Below are positions 59,461 through 64,000 of a DNA stretch of 64,000 bases, one piece after another. The notes beneath the pieces are model-generated. The model saw only the letters and a program-made list of their open reading frames with translations, searched no databases and was not told where the DNA came from. Origin of the DNA: the human T2T-CHM13v2.0 reference genome, Homo sapiens; assembly GCF_009914755.1 (NCBI RefSeq), contig NC_060927.1, one strand, 5' to 3'. The translations under genes and the position numbers were made by a program. The stretch's first letter is position 1. The number at the start of each line of letters is the position of its first letter.

Positions 59461-60019
59461 TCTCCACAGCTATTAGCTTAATCACATGCTGATTTGTAAC
59501 AAAACATTTTCCATTATGGGCATCTCTTTGCTAGTTATTGCAGTCTCTTTGAGGAGATCATTGAACCCTTTAATAAATAGTTCCCTGCCTAATCTTTCAC
59601 TGAAAACTGGGTAAGTTGTGAAGGCCTTAAATTGTTGCTGGATCCAGAGTGAGGATCAAAATCTTAGTGAAAATGCAATATTACATTCTTTGTGACATCA
59701 CATTTGAGCAGATGAACTTTTTTATGACAGTTTAAAACAACTTTTTCCAACATATATCCTTGGCCCGGGCAATTTACAAATATTAGGTGTTACAGGATAT
59801 TTTTACAAGAATTATTTTATTTTTGAAATGAGCAGATATTGTTTATCTTAATATAAAAGTTCAATAAAAAATAGGATGAACTATTTATGTTAACTGTATC
59901 AGTGGATAATTCATATTAGCTGTCATATCAGACAAATCTTCAAAACCATAGTGGCTCCTGGGTGCCTTTCTCTCAGACATAAAATCTAGTGGGTTGAGTA
60001 CCCCTCTTTCATCTTAGAG

Positions 60020-60230
60020 CCATGTTACCATGGCTTGTAAGGCTGCAAAGGCAGGAAAAGAGACATGGGGAGGAGGCACATTCTCTTAACTGTCTTGGCC
60101 CCCAGCTGACACATCTATTTTGGGCATTATCCATTGGCTGGAACTAGTGATGTTGCCCTAGCCTCACTCCAAGGAAGACCAAGAAATGTAGGGGAGCACA
60201 GGCCTATTTGGCAGGTACAGTTTCTGCTGT
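60020..60230 (-). mobile_element. MLT1 LTR fragment
   Basis: 'ccattggctggaactagtgatg...aagaaatgtaggggagcaca'. Confidence 0.5.
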
Positions 60231-62739
60231 GTTCATGGCAAAAACAGGCACCCAACTTTCTTGAGAGCTACTCCAGTAATTTTTCCATGTATTATAGTGC
60301 TCCTGCAAAATGGGCTTATGGAGCTCAAAAGAAATTATCTATGATCCTTTCAGGTTTGTTTATCAAGACTAATTTTAAATAAAAATAAAATTCTTATAGA
60401 ATTGTGGTGGCAGACATTATCATGAAATTCTCAATCTTGTGACTCTGAATTTGAATGTCCTGACATTGACTTAGGAAATTTATTGTATAAGCTCCAAGTG
60501 ATTTACAGCCCAAACTGGAGCCCTGAAGCTTGATAACAGCATATATGATTTAGTAGGTTCTTCTATAAAGCATTACATATTTTTTCTCTTTGGATATGTA
60601 TTCTGTTTCTTAGGTTCTACAATAAAACCAAACTATCTTACACATAAAGCTTTCTGCAGGTATATGTTGTGATCTTGCAGGCATCTTTTTTAACACTAAC
60701 TGAAAAATCAACACAATGCAAGTGATGACATAGCTGCCTATTTTCCCTTTCTTTTCTTTGATGATAAGGATCACACAAAATGCAATACAGTAAAATACTG
60801 AATAAATTTTTTCCAGCTTTAGCAAGTTTTGTTAATTAATGGTACACAAGGTAGAATGGTATTTTCAAGTCCCATTTTTAAGAAAATTGGTAGCATCATA
60901 TTTCCTAATAATTTGGACTTATTATCCATCATTGATCTCTCAAGTTATTTATAGGAAAATTACTCTTTTTACAAGAAAACAGATTCTTCCAACTCCGCTC
61001 ACTTTGATTAGGAAAGATGTCCCTGAGAGAGTTTAGAAACTCTTGCAAAGACTCTCATATGTTAACCTCTTTTCATTATAATGAAATATAGCCTGTTATT
61101 CGTATGTACTAGTGGACAAGAGATATTATTTTAAGCAAGTCCTCAATCATGGGCTATGGAAAATTTTATAATGATTTGCCCAAACCAAATGATTACAAGC
61201 ATTTCTTATGGTGGCATAATTTTATCTGGAATTTCATTAGAATGACATTACCTTGGCCCTTAAATAACATTTGTTTTTCTTGACTGTCAAATACCAGATT
61301 ATATTATTAATAGTTAAATGATGAGCTCAAAAACTTTCATTTATATATCATTTGATGTCTGTATTCCCTAGGCACTAAGGAGAGGTTTCAGAAGTGTTGA
61401 TGTCTTGTGTTTTATTTATGCCTAAAAGAGGGCGCAGTCTGTCTGGTTTGGGAAAGCTAGAAAATGGTCAGAATTCCTCAGAAAAGATCAGGCCATTTGA
61501 AACAGTCCATGGCAAGTGGCATTCAGTGTGGAGACATCTGTTGTAACTCCCTCAGTATTAGTAGGTGAACTTTTAGTATTTACTGGCTGCAAAAACATAT
61601 AACGGGAAAAGTTTCAAATATGAAAAAAATTTAAGAGAGTTGTTAAGACATTTAATTTAGACAAATTGAAGAATTTAAAGCATGAGAAATTAGAGGAGAA
61701 AATAATTTAGTTAGAATTTGCAATTCTTCTCACTCTTCGCACTCAGTAAATCATGTCCTGAAATGATCATGAGATAGAAGAAATGAAGATGCTCTTTTCT
61801 CACTCTTCTCAGTTGCCAATGGCTTCTCATAGTGTGAGCATCTGGTCACACAGGCAGTGATTCTAGTGAACAAGATTAAGTACTTATACAATATTTTTCC
61901 TAAACACCTGCTAACATCTTTATCTATTCTTCAAACATCAAAACAGCACTGGAGGAAAAACTGACCAGGTTGGGCCTACTGAGGAACTATATGCCTGTAA
62001 ACTCTATGAGAAACGTGGCAGACTTTCAAAGTTAATTTTAACAACACCTAATTTTCACTTTACTAAGAATTTGAGAGTCTAAGAGGATGTAATTGATACC
62101 ATATATTTGTCATAACAGGATCCATATCCACATCATTATTCACTCTGAGTGGGCAAAAGTGTTTGTAGCTACTTTGCAGACTTCTTGAATTATCCAGGGG
62201 GTGTGATGGACAGTGTGAGAACTACTAATCCAGAGGTCAATGCTAAAAAGGCCAATATGGACTGGCTGAGCATGTTTAAAACGCATAGCCCTCAGGATTT
62301 AGCCACTTTCCCAGCAAAGCAAGTCAATAGCCTACTCACAAGAAACATTCACCTCTGCATGGATAGGGGTACACAAATGAACATGACATTATTCTCTAAT
62401 TCAGTCAATCTTCAGCAAAGAGCATACAGATTGCCCACGACTAATATTCAAGTCTTGGAGTGACAGCAATAAGGGCTCAACCCCTTACTACTGGAGAATT
62501 AAATGTAAGTCACTTAATTCTGAGCTTCACTATTTGCAGTTTAAAATAAGATCTTGTGAGAACTCAACTAAAGCAATTATGTAAAGTGCTAGAACCCAGT
62601 AAATAAAGTAGTTGCAAAGGTAAGGCAGATTTATGTATACTGATTTGAGGTGATTGCCTAAATATTGTTAATTTTTTAAAAAACCAAGGTTTAAAACTAT
62701 ATTTAGTTTTATAAAATCAGTAAAAAAATGGAAATATCT

Positions 62740-62792
62740 GTATATATATATATATGTGTGTGTGTGTATATACATATACACACCTATATATG
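62740..62792. repeat. (TA)n(TG)n compound microsatellite
   Basis: Directly visible. Confidence 0.9.
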
Positions 62793-62809
62793 CATTTGAT
62801 TGTATAGAC

Positions 62810-62970
62810 CAGATTTTGGTGAGCTTTTCCTGTAAAAGAACAAATGACAAATATTTTGGACTTCGTGGAGCAGATGGTTTCTGTTGCAACTACTCTGTTG
62901 TAGAAAATAAGCAGACATGCACAATACATAAATGGATGGGTGTGGCTGTGTTCCATGAAAACTTTATTTA
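62810..62970. mobile_element. MER58A fragment
   Basis: 'ctgtaaaagaacaaatgacaaatattttggactt...ctgttgcaactactc...aatggatgggtgtggctgtgttccatgaaaactttattta'. Confidence 0.75.
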
Positions 62971-63156
62971 GCCCAAGGGCTATTCCGTGTCTCTGGAAGG
63001 ATAAACAACACCTCAGCAATAACAGTTGACTCTGGAGAAATAATCCAGATGGATGAAAGAGACAGAGATTCACTTTTCATCTTATACATTGTTATAACTT
63101 TGAATTACATACAATGTACTGCATTTAAACAATAAATAAATTTACCTTTGGGAATG

Positions 63157-64000
63157 CAGGTATATTTCTCAGATATTGTGGATTCTGCTGCAGACCACCA
63201 CAATAAAGCAAATATCAAAATAAACCAAATCACATGAATTTTTGGTTTCCCACCATGTATAAAAGTTATGTTTATGCTATACTGTTGCCTATTAGGTATG
63301 TAATAGCATTTTGTTTTAAAAAAGTACATACCTTAATTTAAAAATACTATAGTGCTTAAAAATGCTAATGATTATATAAGCCTTCAGTGAGTTGTAATCT
63401 TTTTACTGATGGAGGGTGTTGCCTCAATGTCGATGGCTGCTGACTGATCAGGGTGGTGGTTGCTGAAAGCTGGAGGGGCTGTGGCAATTTATTAGAATAA
63501 GACAACAATAAAGTTTGCAGCATTGATTGACTCTTAATTTCACTGAAGATTTCTCTGTAGCATGTGATGCTGTTTGATAGCCACAGTAGAACATCTTTGA
63601 TATTTGAAGTCAATCCTTTCAAATCCTGCTACTGCTTTATCAATTAAATTTAAGTGATATTCTAAATCCTTTGTTGTCATGTCAAAAATGTTCACACCAT
63701 CTTCTCCAGAAGTAGATTTCATCTCAAAAAACCACTTTATTTTCTCATCCATAAGAAGCAATTAAACTCATCCATTAAACTTTGATCAAGAGACTGAAAA
63801 AATTTAGTCACATATTCAGGCTCCACTTCTAATTCTACTTCTCTTGCTATTTCCACCACATCTGCAGTTTCCTTCACCGAAGCCTTGAATCTCTCAAAGT
63901 CATCCATGAGGGTTGGAATCACCTTCTTCCAAAAGTCCTGTTAATGTTGGTATTTTGACCTCTTCTCATGAATCATGAATGTTCTTAATGGCATCTAGAA
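63157..64000 (-). mobile_element. Tigger1 DNA transposon (runs off the window end), decayed transposase C-terminus
   Basis: TIR-like CAGGtATAtttc..AGATATTG at 63157. Minus-strand ORF pieces ...[22 protein letters not shown].. and ...[11 protein letters not shown].. match the Tigger1 transposase. Confidence 0.88.

Noticed and set aside
63365-63922. Domesticated Tigger (TIGD1-like) transposase gene
   Set aside because: Homology is split over three short ORFs; an ordinary decayed Tigger1 copy.

Overview
AT-rich primate (human-like) non-coding DNA, intronic or intergenic, dominated by transposable elements. I recognise no intact protein-coding gene. Main contents: (1) a full-length processed AKR1B1 (aldose reductase) pseudogene at 25530-27196 (+), with target-site duplications (TSDs), a poly(A) tail, disabling mutations and an AluY in its 3'UTR. 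(2) A full-length ~6.15 kb L1PA3/PA4-type LINE-1 at 46562-52711 (-) with a perfect 15-bp TSD. Its ORF1 and ORF2 are dead, its antisense ORF0 is still open (93 aa), and its YY1 site is mutated. (3) A complete two-LTR THE1A element inserted into an L1MA. (4) A Y3 RNA retro-pseudogene whose A-tail has become a ~220-bp purine/(GAA)n tract. (5) A nested L1MB/MLT1A/MLT2A/THE1B/Alu stack, plus many Alu, MIR, L2, MLT1, MER and Tigger remnants. (6) A repeat-free, CpG-retaining segment at ~14.2-14.9 kb with outward-facing splice donors, the best candidate for a real promoter or first exon. Repeat subfamily names come from my recall of consensus sequences and need RepeatMasker/Dfam confirmation. I found no convincing wholly new biological system. 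The strongest leads are the ORF0-intact L1, the Y-RNA-born GAA repeat and the candidate promoter.
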